Shown piece by piece: positions 36,328 to 46,002 of a DNA stretch of 64,000 nt (positions within the stretch are counted from its first letter, which is position 1; each line of letters starts with the position of its first letter). The DNA lies in contig JBEKON010000001.1 in the NCBI GenBank assembly GCA_049521735.1, forward strand, positions 98,604-162,603, in the 5' to 3' direction. This DNA is from Verrucomicrobiota bacterium. GTDB lineage: Bacteria > Verrucomicrobiota > Verrucomicrobiia > Limisphaerales > UBA11358. The notes under the pieces were generated by a model. That model searched no databases, had not been told where the DNA came from, and saw only the letters and a program-made list of their open reading frames with translations. The position numbers and the translations under genes were made by a program.

Positions 36328-36981
36328 ATGAATTGCGTTGTCACCGCTGGACCAACTTACGAACCGCTGGACGACGTGCGGCGGCTCACGAATTTTTCCA
36401 CGGGCCGACTCGGCACGGAACTGGCCAATTTTCTGGCCGCGCGCGGCCACAAGGTGAAGTTGCTCATTGGAGAACAGGCCACGTGTTCCGGCGAGCGACG
36501 TGTGGAGCAGGTGCAGCTTTTCTCAACCACCGCCGATTTGTGCGCCAAGCTGAAGGCGCTGGCGGGCAAGCGCGTGAATGCGATTTTTCACGCCGCAGCG
36601 GTCAGCGACTTTGCCTTCGGCAAAATCTGGCTGCGCGCGCCGTCGGGCGAACTCACCGAATTCAAGTCCGCCAAAAAAATTTCCACGCGGGAGGGCAAAT
36701 TGCTCGTCGAACTGGCGCCGACGCCGAAAATCATCGCCGAATTGCGCGCCTGGTTTCCGCGAACGCAGCTCTTTGGCTGGAAATTTGAGGCGAACGGCAC
36801 GCGGGCGGACGCTCTAAACGCCGCCAAACGGCAGATTGCCGGATGCCGTACCGACGTGTGCGTTGTCAACGGCCCGGCTTACGGCGAAGGATTTGGCGTG
36901 GTGCTGCGCGATGGCAAGGCTGCGCATTTTGCCAGTGCGCCGGCGTTGTTCGTGACGCTGGAGAAGATTGTGCAGGCATGA
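36328..36981 (+). CDS. coaB: Phosphopantothenate-cysteine ligase (CoaB domain only)
   Basis: MNCVVTAGPTYEPLDDVRRLTNFSTGRLG..., AAAVSDF. Confidence 0.75.
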   Translation: MNCVVTAGPTYEPLDDVRRLTNFSTGRLGTELANFLAARGHKVKLLIGEQATCSGERRVEQVQLFSTTADLCAKLKALAGKRVNAIFHAAAVSDFAFGKIWLRAPSGELTEFKSAKKISTREGKLLVELAPTPKIIAELRAWFPRTQLFGWKFEANGTRADALNAAKRQIAGCRTDVCVVNGPAYGEGFGVVLRDGKAAHFASAPALFVTLEKIVQA

Positions 36982-37748
36982 AAATCAGCCGACGCCAATT
37001 TATTCTTGCTGCAATGCTGTTGGCTCCTTGGGCGGTTGTTGGCGACGCCAGATGGATTGAACCGCAATGGGTGAAAATTCGACGGTTGCGACTTTGCCAA
37101 GGTAAGCCGACCCATCGGTTTGTTCACTTCAGCGATTTACATCACAAAGGTGACCGTGAGCACTCCACGTCCGTTGTGAAGATGATCAATTCATTGTCGC
37201 CTGATTTTGTATGTTTCACCGGTGACATCATGGAAGAAGGAAAATATCTGCCCGAAGCTCTTGAAATTCTTTCCGGCGTCAAATCTCCGATGTATGGCGT
37301 GCCGGGCAACCACGATTACTGGAGCAAAGTGCCGTTCGACGGGATGATTAAGTGTTTCGCCGCAACCGGCGGAGCTTGGCTTCTCGACGAACAACGAACA
37401 ACCCTTGATGGAAAAACCAACATCATCGGCGTGGCACATGTTGGCCCGAAGCATTCATTGTCTTCCGCAAAGATTGGAATGAAAAACATTTTATTATTCC
37501 ACTACCCCGCGTGGGTTAAAAAATTCGATGGTCAGAAATTTGATTTGATGTTGGCCGGCCATTCACACGGCTGCCAAGTGCGTATTCCTTTTTATGGACC
37601 GATAATGACTCCATACGCTGTGGACGAATACGACCTCGGATTATTTCAGACGAAATCAGGTCCGCTGTATGTGACTTCCGGCATCGGCTGGTATCCCATT
37701 CCAGTCCGTTTCAATTGCAGGCCAGAAATTGTGTTGGTCGAAATTTAG
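36978..37748 (+). CDS. Calcineurin-like metallophosphoesterase
   Basis: MKISRRQFILAAM signal; FVHFSDLHH, FTGDI, GNHD, GHSHG motifs; ATGA overlap with coaB. Confidence 0.8.
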   Translation: MKISRRQFILAAMLLAPWAVVGDARWIEPQWVKIRRLRLCQGKPTHRFVHFSDLHHKGDREHSTSVVKMINSLSPDFVCFTGDIMEEGKYLPEALEILSGVKSPMYGVPGNHDYWSKVPFDGMIKCFAATGGAWLLDEQRTTLDGKTNIIGVAHVGPKHSLSSAKIGMKNILLFHYPAWVKKFDGQKFDLMLAGHSHGCQVRIPFYGPIMTPYAVDEYDLGLFQTKSGPLYVTSGIGWYPIPVRFNCRPEIVLVEI

Positions 37749-37827
37749 AAGTTCCTTTCCCGTTGAAGCCGCTTGCGGCGATTTGTATCGTGCGGCCGAT
37801 GTTGCCGCCGGAAACCATCCCGTTTTT

Positions 37828-37887
37828 GGTAGGGCGGGCTGTCCCCAGCCCGCCGCCAACGGCGCGATGAGGACATCGCGCCCTACC
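37828..37887 (+). repeat. Type-1 GTAGG...CCTAC double-hairpin element immediately upstream of the recG ATG
   Basis: ggtagggcgggctgtccccagcccgccgccaacggcgcgatgaggacatcgcgccctacc. Near-identical to 2797-2855 but 1 nt longer, which gives TGA in the recG frame. Confidence 0.9.
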
Positions 37888-37891
37888 TTCC

Positions 37892-39949
37892 ATGCGTCCA
37901 CAAATCCAAGACAATCCGCTGGCTGCACCCGTAACGACATTGTGGGGTGTCGGCGCGGAACGCGCGGCGCAACTCGCACGCCTCGACATTCACACCATCG
38001 AGGATTTGTTGCTGCACCGGCCGCGGCGTTATGAAGATCGCCGTCATTTTCGCAGTATTGCCGGGTTGACCCGTGACGAAGCGGCGACCACGCGCGGCAC
38101 GATTGTCACGCTCGGCCTCAGACGTTTTCGCGGCGGCAACAAATCCGTTTTTGAAATCATTCTCGATGATGGCAGCGCCCGGTTGCATTGCCGCTGGTGG
38201 AATCTGCCGTTCATGCAAAATTATTTTGCGGTTGGCGACGAGATTTTCGTTTACGGCAAGCTCAATGAAACCAAGCCGCGCATCATTGACCATCCTGAAA
38301 CCGAAGTCATCGAGGGCGGCGAGGAGAGCTTCATCCACATCAACCGCATCGCGCCGGTGTATCCGCTCACCGAAGGCCTGCCGCAACGCTGGTTGCGCGG
38401 GCTGATCTGGCGGACGTTGGAAAAATTCGAGCGGCACATCGCCGAACCGTGGCCGGGAAATGTAGGACAGGTGTCCCGCCTGTCTCCATCTTCAAGTTCT
38501 AAAAATCAGGGACAGGCTGGAAGCCTGTCCTACCCGACGCGCGCCAACGCCATTCACATGACGCATTTCCCCGAAGAGCTGGCCGATGTGGAAATCGCAC
38601 GGCGACGGCTGGCGTTGGATGAATTCATTGCGTTGCAGCGTGACATGCAGCTTCGCCGGAAAAATTTCGAGGCCAAATCGCGCGCATTACCGTGCGGTGG
38701 TGACAATCGTTTGATGAAGCCGTTTCTGGCACGGCTCGGCTTCAAGCTCACCGACGCCCAGACGAAAGTCCTCCGCGAAATCCGGGCGGACATGAGCGGG
38801 GCGCATCCGATGCGGCGGCTGCTGCAAGGCGACGTCGGTTCAGGCAAGACGGTGGTTGCCGCCTGCGCGGCGCTCATGGCTTTGGAAAGCGGGTTCAATG
38901 TTGCGCTCATGGCGCCGACGGAAATCCTTGCGGAACAACATTTCAACAATTTTTCGCGCTGGTTTGGACCGCTCGGCGTGAAGGTGAAATTGCAAACAGG
39001 TTCACACAGGAGTAAGGAACAAGAAGTAAGGCGCAAGACCCTCGCAGCAAAACCCTTACTCCTTACTCCTTGCTCCTTGACCATCGGCACTCACGCCCTC
39101 ATCGAGTCGGGATTTGTATTGGAGAAATTGGGTTTGGTCATTATTGACGAGCAGCACAAGTTTGGCGTGGCACAGCGCGAACAGATCGTGCGTAAAGGCC
39201 GCTATCCGCATTTGCTCGTGATGACGGCTACCCCGATTCCGCGCACGCTCGGCCTTACGCTTTACGGCGACCTTGATATTTCGGTAATTGACCAGATGCC
39301 CGGTGGACGCGGCAGGATAAAAACTTTTCTACGCACGACCGAAAAATTGCCTGAAGTTTGGAAATTCATCCGCGAAAAACTGGCTGCCGGACGGCAGGCA
39401 TACGTCGTTTATCCGCGCGTGGAGGATTCAGGACCAAATGGGTTGAAAGCGGTGAAAAAGGAATTTGAAAATTTGAAGAAGCTGCTCGCGCCATTCCATG
39501 TCGGGTTGATGCACGGCCGGTTGAAAGGGCGGGAGAAGGACGAAGTAATGACAGCGTTTCGCGCGAACCAAATTCAGGCGCTCGTCGCGACGACGCTGGT
39601 TGAAGTGGGTTTGGATGTGCCGAACGCAACGATCATGCTGGTTGAAAATGCGGAGCGGTTCGGTCTGGCGCAATTGCATCAATTACGCGGGCGCATCGGG
39701 CGCGGCGCGCATGAGTCGCACTGCATTTTGATTTCCGACGCGAAGAATGAGGATGCAGGGCGGCGCTTGAAAGTTTTGGAAGAGACGACGGACGGGTTTC
39801 GCATTGCCGAGGTGGATTTGAAATTGCGCGGGCCGGGCGAATTGCTCGGCCAGCGGCAAAGCGGCCTGCCGAAATTCCGCTTCGGCAATCTGGCCGGGGA
39901 TTTGGATTTGATCCGGTTTGCGCGCGAGTTGGCGGCGCAAATAATTTAG
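37892..39949 (+). CDS. recG: ATP-dependent DNA helicase RecG, carrying two in-frame repeat segments
   Basis: LLLHRPRRYEDR wedge-domain start, GDVGSGKTVVA, DEQHKFGV, MTATPIPRTL, HGRLK..EK, QLHQLRGRIGRG. Confidence 0.9.
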   Translation: MRPQIQDNPLAAPVTTLWGVGAERAAQLARLDIHTIEDLLLHRPRRYEDRRHFRSIAGLTRDEAATTRGTIVTLGLRRFRGGNKSVFEIILDDGSARLHCRWWNLPFMQNYFAVGDEIFVYGKLNETKPRIIDHPETEVIEGGEESFIHINRIAPVYPLTEGLPQRWLRGLIWRTLEKFERHIAEPWPGNVGQVSRLSPSSSSKNQGQAGSLSYPTRANAIHMTHFPEELADVEIARRRLALDEFIALQRDMQLRRKNFEAKSRALPCGGDNRLMKPFLARLGFKLTDAQTKVLREIRADMSGAHPMRRLLQGDVGSGKTVVAACAALMALESGFNVALMAPTEILAEQHFNNFSRWFGPLGVKVKLQTGSHRSKEQEVRRKTLAAKPLLLTPCSLTIGTHALIESGFVLEKLGLVIIDEQHKFGVAQREQIVRKGRYPHLLVMTATPIPRTLGLTLYGDLDISVIDQMPGGRGRIKTFLRTTEKLPEVWKFIREKLAAGRQAYVVYPRVEDSGPNGLKAVKKEFENLKKLLAPFHVGLMHGRLKGREKDEVMTAFRANQIQALVATTLVEVGLDVPNATIMLVENAERFGLAQLHQLRGRIGRGAHESHCILISDAKNEDAGRRLKVLEETTDGFRIAEVDLKLRGPGELLGQRQSGLPKFRFGNLAGDLDLIRFARELAAQII
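38462..38533 (+). repeat. Type-2 GTAGGACAGG...CCTGTCCTAC element (72 nt) in frame inside recG
   Basis: gtaggacaggtgtcccgcctgtctccatct...cagggacaggctggaagcctgtcctac = VGQVSRLSPSSSSKNQGQAGSLSY. Confidence 0.9.
39009..39076 (+). repeat. Heptamer-arm hairpin (GTAAGGA/ACAAGAA vs CCTTACT x2) in frame inside recG
   Basis: ggagtaaggaacaagaagtaaggcgcaag - loop - cccttactccttactccttgctcc; encodes RSKEQEVRRKTLAAKPLLLTPCS. Confidence 0.85.
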
Positions 39950-39995
39950 CCGGGTCACGCTTGGATTTTGCGGGGGATTGGCTTAAGTTGCCGGT

Positions 39996-40379
39996 ATGAA
40001 AATATTTTTCTTGGTTTTGATCGCCGCCGGATTGTTTCTGGCAGGTTGCGGTGGCGGTAATTCCGGCAAACAAGCCCAAACCACCAATTCAACAGCCACT
40101 TCCACCAATGCGACTCCGAATTACAACACGGGCAATCCCCTCACGGCACCGGTGGATTATCTCGGCGCGGTGGCGCAGGCAAAAAAATACTCGGAGAAAC
40201 AGATTGATCTTGCGTATCTCAACCAGGCCATCCAGCAGTTCAACGCAATGGAGGGTCGTTATCCCAAAGACCTCAATGAACTCATGCCAAATTACATCGG
40301 CAAAATCCCACAGGCACCTTACGGCTCAAAAATTGTTTATGACCCGAACACAGGCATGGTGAAAGTGGTAAAACAATAA
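39996..40379 (+). CDS. Small lipoprotein with pseudopilin-G-like C-terminal region
   Basis: Lipobox LFLAGCGG; EGRYPKDLNELMPNYIGKIPQAPYG resembles the T2SS GspG C-terminal pattern. Confidence 0.45.
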   Translation: MKIFFLVLIAAGLFLAGCGGGNSGKQAQTTNSTATSTNATPNYNTGNPLTAPVDYLGAVAQAKKYSEKQIDLAYLNQAIQQFNAMEGRYPKDLNELMPNYIGKIPQAPYGSKIVYDPNTGMVKVVKQ

Positions 40380-40483
40380 GTCGCCCTGGGAGAGACTGGA
40401 TGACTCTTTGCCATCTGGGTTTTGTGTTTTTGGCTCGCCAAATGGAGTTCCTACAGGCAAACCGTTCACCTCGGTTTTGATTC

Positions 40484-42025
40484 ATGAACGAGCAAATCGT
40501 CATTCTCGATTTTGGGTCGCAATACACACAGGTCATCGCGCGGCGCGTCCGCGAGTGCAACGTGTATTCAGTCATCCTGCGCTACGACACCCCCGCCGGG
40601 GAAATTGCCGCGCTGAATCCCAAGGGCATCATCCTTTCGGGTGGCCCCTCCAGCGTGTATGCAAAAAACGCGCCGCTGCCGGACAAAAATATTTTCGCGC
40701 TCGGCGTGCCCGTGCTCGGAATTTGTTACGGCGTGCAATTGTTCGCGCAATTCCTTGGTGGCAGGGTCGAGAAAGGCCTCAAACGCGAATACGGCAAAGG
40801 CACGTTGCGCGTGACAGACAATTTTTGCCCGCTGTTTGCAAATCTGCCGGAAATCCTGCAAGTCTGGAACTCGCATGGTGACAAGCTCACGAAACTGCCG
40901 CGCGATTTCAAACCGGTCGCTGTCACGGAAAATTCCGAATACGCGGCGATTGAAAACCGCGCGCGAAAATTTTTCGGCCTGCAATTTCATCCCGAAGTCG
41001 TCCACACGCCGCGCGGCAGGGAAGTCCTCGCCAATTTCGTCCACGGCATTTGCGGTTGCGGCAAAAACTGGACGATGCGCGGTTACATCATGCGGGCCGT
41101 TGAGGAAATTCGCGCGCAAGTCGGCGGCGAAAAAGTGATTCTCGGTTTGAGCGGCGGCGTGGATTCAAGCGTCGCGGCGGCGTTGATTCACAAGGCCATT
41201 GGCGACCAGCTGACCTGCATTTTCGTCAACAACGGCCTTTTGCGCGGACACGAGGCGGAAGTCGTGCAGGAAGTTTTCGGGCGCAATTTCAAAATCAAAC
41301 TGCAATACGAAGACGCCTCGAAGCTGTTTTTGAAACGGCTCAAAGGCGTGACCGATCCCGAACGCAAACGGAAGATCATCGGCAAAACGTTCATCGAAGT
41401 TTTTCAGAATGCGGCCCGGCGCGCGGGCAAGGCGAAATTTCTCGCGCAAGGAACGCTCTATCCCGACGTGATCGAGTCTGTGCCGATTAACGGCAATCCC
41501 GCCGCGCTCATCAAGAGCCATCACAACGTCGGCGGGCTGCCGAAGAAGATGAAGTTTGCGCTGGTCGAGCCGCTTAAATGTTTGTTTAAGGACGAAGTGC
41601 GCAAGCTTGGACTCGAACTCGGCCTGCCGCGCGAAATTGTTTTGCGCCAGCCGTTCCCCGGCCCGGGCTTGGCCGTGCGCGTCCTCGGTGAAGTCACGCC
41701 GCCGCGTCTGGAAATTTTGCGGAACGCGGACAGCATTGTCGTGGAAGAAATGAAGAACAGCGGGTGGTATTACAGAATCTGGCAGAGTTTTGCGGTATTG
41801 CTGCCCGTCCGCAGCGTGGGGGTGATGGGTGACGAGCGGACTTACGATTACACCATCGCCATCCGCGCGGTGGAATCGCAGGACGGCATGACGGCGGACT
41901 GGGTGAAACTGCCCTACGAATTGCTGGAGAAACTCGCCAGCCGCATCATCAACGAAGTCAAAGGCGTGAACCGCTGCGTGTTCGACATCACCAGCAAACC
42001 GCCGGGGACGATTGAGTGGGAGTGA
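40484..42025 (+). CDS. guaA: GMP synthase (glutamine-hydrolysing)
   Basis: GATase + ATP-PPase: [14 protein letters not shown], full-length 513 aa ending ...PPGTIEWE. Confidence 0.95.
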   Translation: MNEQIVILDFGSQYTQVIARRVRECNVYSVILRYDTPAGEIAALNPKGIILSGGPSSVYAKNAPLPDKNIFALGVPVLGICYGVQLFAQFLGGRVEKGLKREYGKGTLRVTDNFCPLFANLPEILQVWNSHGDKLTKLPRDFKPVAVTENSEYAAIENRARKFFGLQFHPEVVHTPRGREVLANFVHGICGCGKNWTMRGYIMRAVEEIRAQVGGEKVILGLSGGVDSSVAAALIHKAIGDQLTCIFVNNGLLRGHEAEVVQEVFGRNFKIKLQYEDASKLFLKRLKGVTDPERKRKIIGKTFIEVFQNAARRAGKAKFLAQGTLYPDVIESVPINGNPAALIKSHHNVGGLPKKMKFALVEPLKCLFKDEVRKLGLELGLPREIVLRQPFPGPGLAVRVLGEVTPPRLEILRNADSIVVEEMKNSGWYYRIWQSFAVLLPVRSVGVMGDERTYDYTIAIRAVESQDGMTADWVKLPYELLEKLASRIINEVKGVNRCVFDITSKPPGTIEWE

Positions 42026-42106
42026 TTTGCTTCAGCACGCATTTTTTTGCTGGTCTTCGTTGTGGTGTATGGCTAGACTGCGGGCAAAGTCAGACCTTAG
42101 CGGTTT

Positions 42107-42601
42107 ATGGACATCATTTTTGATTGCCCCAAATGCGGACAGGAACTGGCGGTGGACAGTGCCGGAGCCGGCACGGAAATCGAGTGCCCGTCGTGCAGCC
42201 AGACAATTACGATTCCGCAGGAATCCACAAAACCGGCTTCGGGGGGAACCATCATCACCGGGCAAACCGCTAATCCCATCGCCTCGTCCGCGGCTGCGAA
42301 AATAGAAAAACATCTTAAAGTGCCGTTGCGTGACAAGCCGGGCGAGTCATTGGTAAAAAAAGCACAACCGATAGAGGTCGTAACCAAAAACGCTGACAAA
42401 AAGATACGGGTTCACACCATCCGTCATGCAGGCTGTGTTGAGTTCGGCCATGACAAATTTGACGAGAAGGTTACGGATTTTTTGAATGGAATTGGCGAGG
42501 CCAATCTTATTGGCATTCACATGACCACCTACAACTTTCTCGATGTCGGCACGCAAAAAATAATGCTGGATTTCGGCGTGTTGATTATTTATCGGGGATG
42601 A
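42107..42601 (+). CDS. Hypothetical protein with N-terminal zinc ribbon
   Basis: CPKC...17 aa...CPSC at the N-terminus; C-terminal domain unrecognised. Confidence 0.45.
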   Translation: MDIIFDCPKCGQELAVDSAGAGTEIECPSCSQTITIPQESTKPASGGTIITGQTANPIASSAAAKIEKHLKVPLRDKPGESLVKKAQPIEVVTKNADKKIRVHTIRHAGCVEFGHDKFDEKVTDFLNGIGEANLIGIHMTTYNFLDVGTQKIMLDFGVLIIYRG

Positions 42602-42652
42602 TTGATCTCTGTGTGCCTTGACTCACCGGGTGTGGCTTATTACTGTCGCAGT

Positions 42653-43639
42653 ATGAATCGCCGGTTCGTTGTTCTGTTTGTGGTTGTTGCGTGTGTGGTG
42701 TTGTTTCCATTCCGCTCGCCAGCGCCGCTGACTTACACGCCGGGTGAAGGGTGGTATTACGAATCTTACGGGGAAAGCACCAAGTGGCAGCGTGCCCGTG
42801 CCAAGGATCAATTGGATGTGGCGCAGCAGGCGTTTGACAGTCGTGATTACGGCCTCGCGCTGCGGGCTGCGCACCGCATCGTCCGCGTATGGCCGCTTTC
42901 TGATTACGCTCCGCGCGCGCAATATCTCGTCGGTCGTTGTCTCGAAGTGATGGGCAAGGACGAAGAGGCTTTCAACGCTTATCAGGTCATCGTTGAAAAA
43001 TATCCCAAGAGCGCTGAATACGAAGACGTGTTGTGGCGCCAATACCAAATCGCCGACCGTTTCCTCGGCGGCGAATGGTTCAAACTCTGGGGTTATATTC
43101 CGCTTTACCATTCGATGGATAAAACAGCGGGCATGTTTGACAAAATCGTTCAGAATGGTCCTTACAGCGATGTTGCGCCGAGCGCGCAATTGCGCATTGG
43201 CGCGGCGCGCGAAAAACAGGAGGATTTTCCCGCCGCAGTGAAAGCCTACGAGATTGCCGCTGACCGCTATCACGGCCAGCCGGCGATTGCCTCCGACGCG
43301 TTGTTCGACGAAGGTGTTTCGCATCAGAAACAGGCGGAGACCGCCGAATACGATCAAAGTGCCGCCGTGCAGGCGGTCGCGGCTTTCACCGATTTCATCA
43401 CGCTTTATCCAGACGATAAGCGCGTTCCGCAGGCGCGAAAGGCCATTGCCGTGCTTAAAGCGGAACAAGTGCGTGGTAATTATGAAATCGCGCGATTCTA
43501 CGAAAAGAGCAAAAAATGGAACGGCGCGCTGGTTTATTACAACGAAGTGTTGCAACTCGATCCTAATTCCTCCTACGCCGCGCGGGCGCGCGAGCGTATT
43601 CAAGCCCTCAAGCCGCGCCTTGAAGCGCCGGCCAACTGA
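42653..43639 (+). CDS. bamD: Outer-membrane assembly lipoprotein BamD/YfiO-like (TPR)
   Basis: Signal sequence; TPR-like repeats; AQLRIG...Y..A..AY, ARFYEK pattern; followed by lptE. Confidence 0.65.
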   Translation: MNRRFVVLFVVVACVVLFPFRSPAPLTYTPGEGWYYESYGESTKWQRARAKDQLDVAQQAFDSRDYGLALRAAHRIVRVWPLSDYAPRAQYLVGRCLEVMGKDEEAFNAYQVIVEKYPKSAEYEDVLWRQYQIADRFLGGEWFKLWGYIPLYHSMDKTAGMFDKIVQNGPYSDVAPSAQLRIGAAREKQEDFPAAVKAYEIAADRYHGQPAIASDALFDEGVSHQKQAETAEYDQSAAVQAVAAFTDFITLYPDDKRVPQARKAIAVLKAEQVRGNYEIARFYEKSKKWNGALVYYNEVLQLDPNSSYAARARERIQALKPRLEAPAN

Positions 43640-43640
43640 A

Positions 43641-44153
43641 ATGCGCCTGCTTCAATTCCTCGCTGTTTCCACGATGACTGTGTTGCTGACCGGTTGTGCC
43701 GGTTATCATCTCGGGCCGGTCAACGGCGCGGTCGCAGGTGAAAAAACCATTGAAATTTTGCCTTTCAACAATCAAACGCTTCAACCGCGCCTGGGCGACT
43801 CGGTAACGCAGGCGTTGCGCGAACGGTTGCAAACCGACGGCACATATCATCTCGTCACACGCGGTCCTGGCGACATTGTCGTCACCGGCGTCATCACACG
43901 TTACAGCCGCAAAGGCTTGAGTTTTTTGAATTCGGACGTTGCCACGCCGCAGGATTACCGCGTTGACATCACCGCGCATGTCACCGCTCGCTCGCGCGAC
44001 ACGGGCAAGGTGTTGCTCGACAAAGATGTAAGCGGTTATGCGCTTATCCAAGTCGGCGGGGATTTGACGGACACGGAGCGTCAATCCCTCCCGTTGCTCG
44101 CGGAGGATTTGGCGCGTAATGTTGCGGAACTGCTGACGGAGGGAACCTGGTAA
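43641..44153 (+). CDS. lptE: LPS-assembly lipoprotein LptE-like
   Basis: MRLLQFLAVSTMTVLLTGCAGYHLG lipobox plus GYHLG start, about 170 aa. Confidence 0.6.
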   Translation: MRLLQFLAVSTMTVLLTGCAGYHLGPVNGAVAGEKTIEILPFNNQTLQPRLGDSVTQALRERLQTDGTYHLVTRGPGDIVVTGVITRYSRKGLSFLNSDVATPQDYRVDITAHVTARSRDTGKVLLDKDVSGYALIQVGGDLTDTERQSLPLLAEDLARNVAELLTEGTW

Positions 44154-44235
44154 AAATTATTAAATGGTTGAAGCCAATTCTTATTCTGCTATCGTCTTTT
44201 GTGACGAATAACCAAACAACAAATCATCAACCATC

Positions 44236-44637
44236 ATGACAAAGAAAATTGCTAAAATCACAACCTTAAGTCTTTTCGCTGCCGCGCTCGTTGCGATGCC
44301 CGTGTTGTCGCGCGCGCAAGACAGTAACGCGCCGGCGTCACCCAATCAAACTGCGCCTGCCACGCCCAAGAAACACAGTAACCTGCCCTTCCACGGCAAG
44401 CTGAGCGCGGTGGACACGAAGGCGATGACGCTGACGGTCGAGAAGCGCACGTTTAACATCACGTCCGACACGATAATCACCAAGGACGGCCAGCCGGCGA
44501 CCTTGTCGGATGGCGTGGTCGGTCAGCCCGTTTCCGGCTCTTACAAGAAGACCGATGACGGCAAACTCAATGCCATCACTGTGCATTTCGGTGTCAAGAG
44601 CGGGGAGAAACAAAAGAAGGAAAGCTCGAACAATTAA
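44236..44637 (+). CDS. Secreted hypothetical protein
   Basis: Signal peptide MTKKIAKITTLSLFAAALVAMPVLSRAQ; no family recognised. Confidence 0.5.
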   Translation: MTKKIAKITTLSLFAAALVAMPVLSRAQDSNAPASPNQTAPATPKKHSNLPFHGKLSAVDTKAMTLTVEKRTFNITSDTIITKDGQPATLSDGVVGQPVSGSYKKTDDGKLNAITVHFGVKSGEKQKKESSNN

Positions 44638-44650
44638 TCCTCCGAAGTTT

Positions 44651-44688
44651 CCCTGAATTCAGGGCGGGCGGCAGCGCCCGCCTTTTTT
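44651..44688. terminator. GC hairpin + T-run between convergent genes
   Basis: ccctgaattcaggg / ggcgggcggcagcgcccgcc followed by tttttt. Confidence 0.7.
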
Positions 44689-45682
44689 ATTGCCGCTTCC
44701 ACCAACCGGTAAAGCTCTTGGCCTTTGGCTGCGGCATTTGAGATTGCTTGACGAGCAACTGGCTGCGCGCCGCTGTCAACGCCATGATGAATTCGTCATA
44801 ACTCAGAAAACGGTCCGCCGGATTTTTCGCCAGCGCCTGCACCAAGGCGTCGCTGGTGGGCTGTGTGATTTCAGGCACGACGAGATTCGGCGGCGTCAGT
44901 GGCGTTTGCACCTGGGCGGCGATGAGGTCCTCGACTGTCGGCGCTTCAAAGGGCGTGTGACCGGTCATCGCATGATAAAGAGTCGCACCGAGGCTATACA
45001 TGTCTGAGAGAAATGTTTCCGGCTCACGTTTGATTTTTTCCGGTGCAACATAATACGGCGTGCCCCAGGTCACATCCCCCGTTTCCTGTTTCGTGCCAGC
45101 TGCTTGCGCAAGGCCAAAATCCACCAGCTTCGGTTCATGATCCGCGTTGAACAAAATATTGCCGGGCTTGATGTCGCGATGAAGCAAATCGTATTTGAGT
45201 GCCATGTCGAGGGCCGAGGCGATTTTGATCCCGATATCGAGCACGTCGACTTCCGGCAGCACGTGCAATTTTTCGATGCGCGCATCCAGACTGCCACGGT
45301 CGGCTAATTCCATCACGAGATACCGTCGTCCCTCCCATTCGTCAAAGGTGTAAATGTGGATGATGTTCGTGTGGTTGAGCCGGGCGCAGGAGCGGGCTTC
45401 ACGAGAAAAACTTTCTATCGCCTTCAGGTCTTGGGACAACGCCTTTTTCATCAATTTCACCGCCACAAGCCGTTCCAGCATCGTGTCCCAACCGCGATAC
45501 ACGTTGCCCATGCCTCCGGAGCCGATGATGCTGCGCAGTTCAAATTGCCGCAGCTGCATCGGCACCATAATCGAATGTCCGCACTTGTTGCACGGCGTGG
45601 TGGCCAGCGGCGCGAGATCGCTGGGAACGAAGACCTTCGTCTCACACCACCCACACGTGACCATCCGTAATTGGTCGCTCAT
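44687..45682 (-). CDS. Hanks-type Ser/Thr protein kinase with N-terminal zinc ribbon
   Basis: CGWC...CNKC; GSGGMGNVYRG, VAVK, HRDIKPGNIL, DFGLA, YVAPE. Confidence 0.85.
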   Translation of the reverse strand: MSDQLRMVTCGWCETKVFVPSDLAPLATTPCNKCGHSIMVPMQLRQFELRSIIGSGGMGNVYRGWDTMLERLVAVKLMKKALSQDLKAIESFSREARSCARLNHTNIIHIYTFDEWEGRRYLVMELADRGSLDARIEKLHVLPEVDVLDIGIKIASALDMALKYDLLHRDIKPGNILFNADHEPKLVDFGLAQAAGTKQETGDVTWGTPYYVAPEKIKREPETFLSDMYSLGATLYHAMTGHTPFEAPTVEDLIAAQVQTPLTPPNLVVPEITQPTSDALVQALAKNPADRFLSYDEFIMALTAARSQLLVKQSQMPQPKAKSFTGWWKRQ

Positions 45683-45929
45683 ACTTTGAGATCAATTTAC
45701 CATTACCCTGCTGCGCGACAAGCCTGAGAAATCTTATTTTTTCCTTATAAAAAACTTGTTTGACAAACGCCCCGGAATGGTGTTTCTTTCCACCGGTTAA
45801 AAATGAAAACCACGGTTGTTTCAACTCTGAAGCATGTGCAAGCCAATGGATGCATGTCTATTTGGCAGCGCAATCGCTTTGGTCTGGGCGTCGTGGGGAC
45901 AAAATTCTAAAGAAAACAACAGATTTTTC

Positions 45930-45973
45930 GGGAAACCCGCGATTGCCAGTCAGTCGCGGGTTTCCTGTTTTTT
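45930..45973 (+). terminator. Orphan intrinsic terminator or attenuator
   Basis: gggaaacccgcga-ttgccagtcag-tcgcgggtttcc followed by tgtttttt. No + strand gene lies upstream; it is 30 nt before the ATG at 46003. Confidence 0.7.
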
Positions 45974-46002
45974 AACCCAAAACCGAAAACGAAAGGAAAA
46001 AC

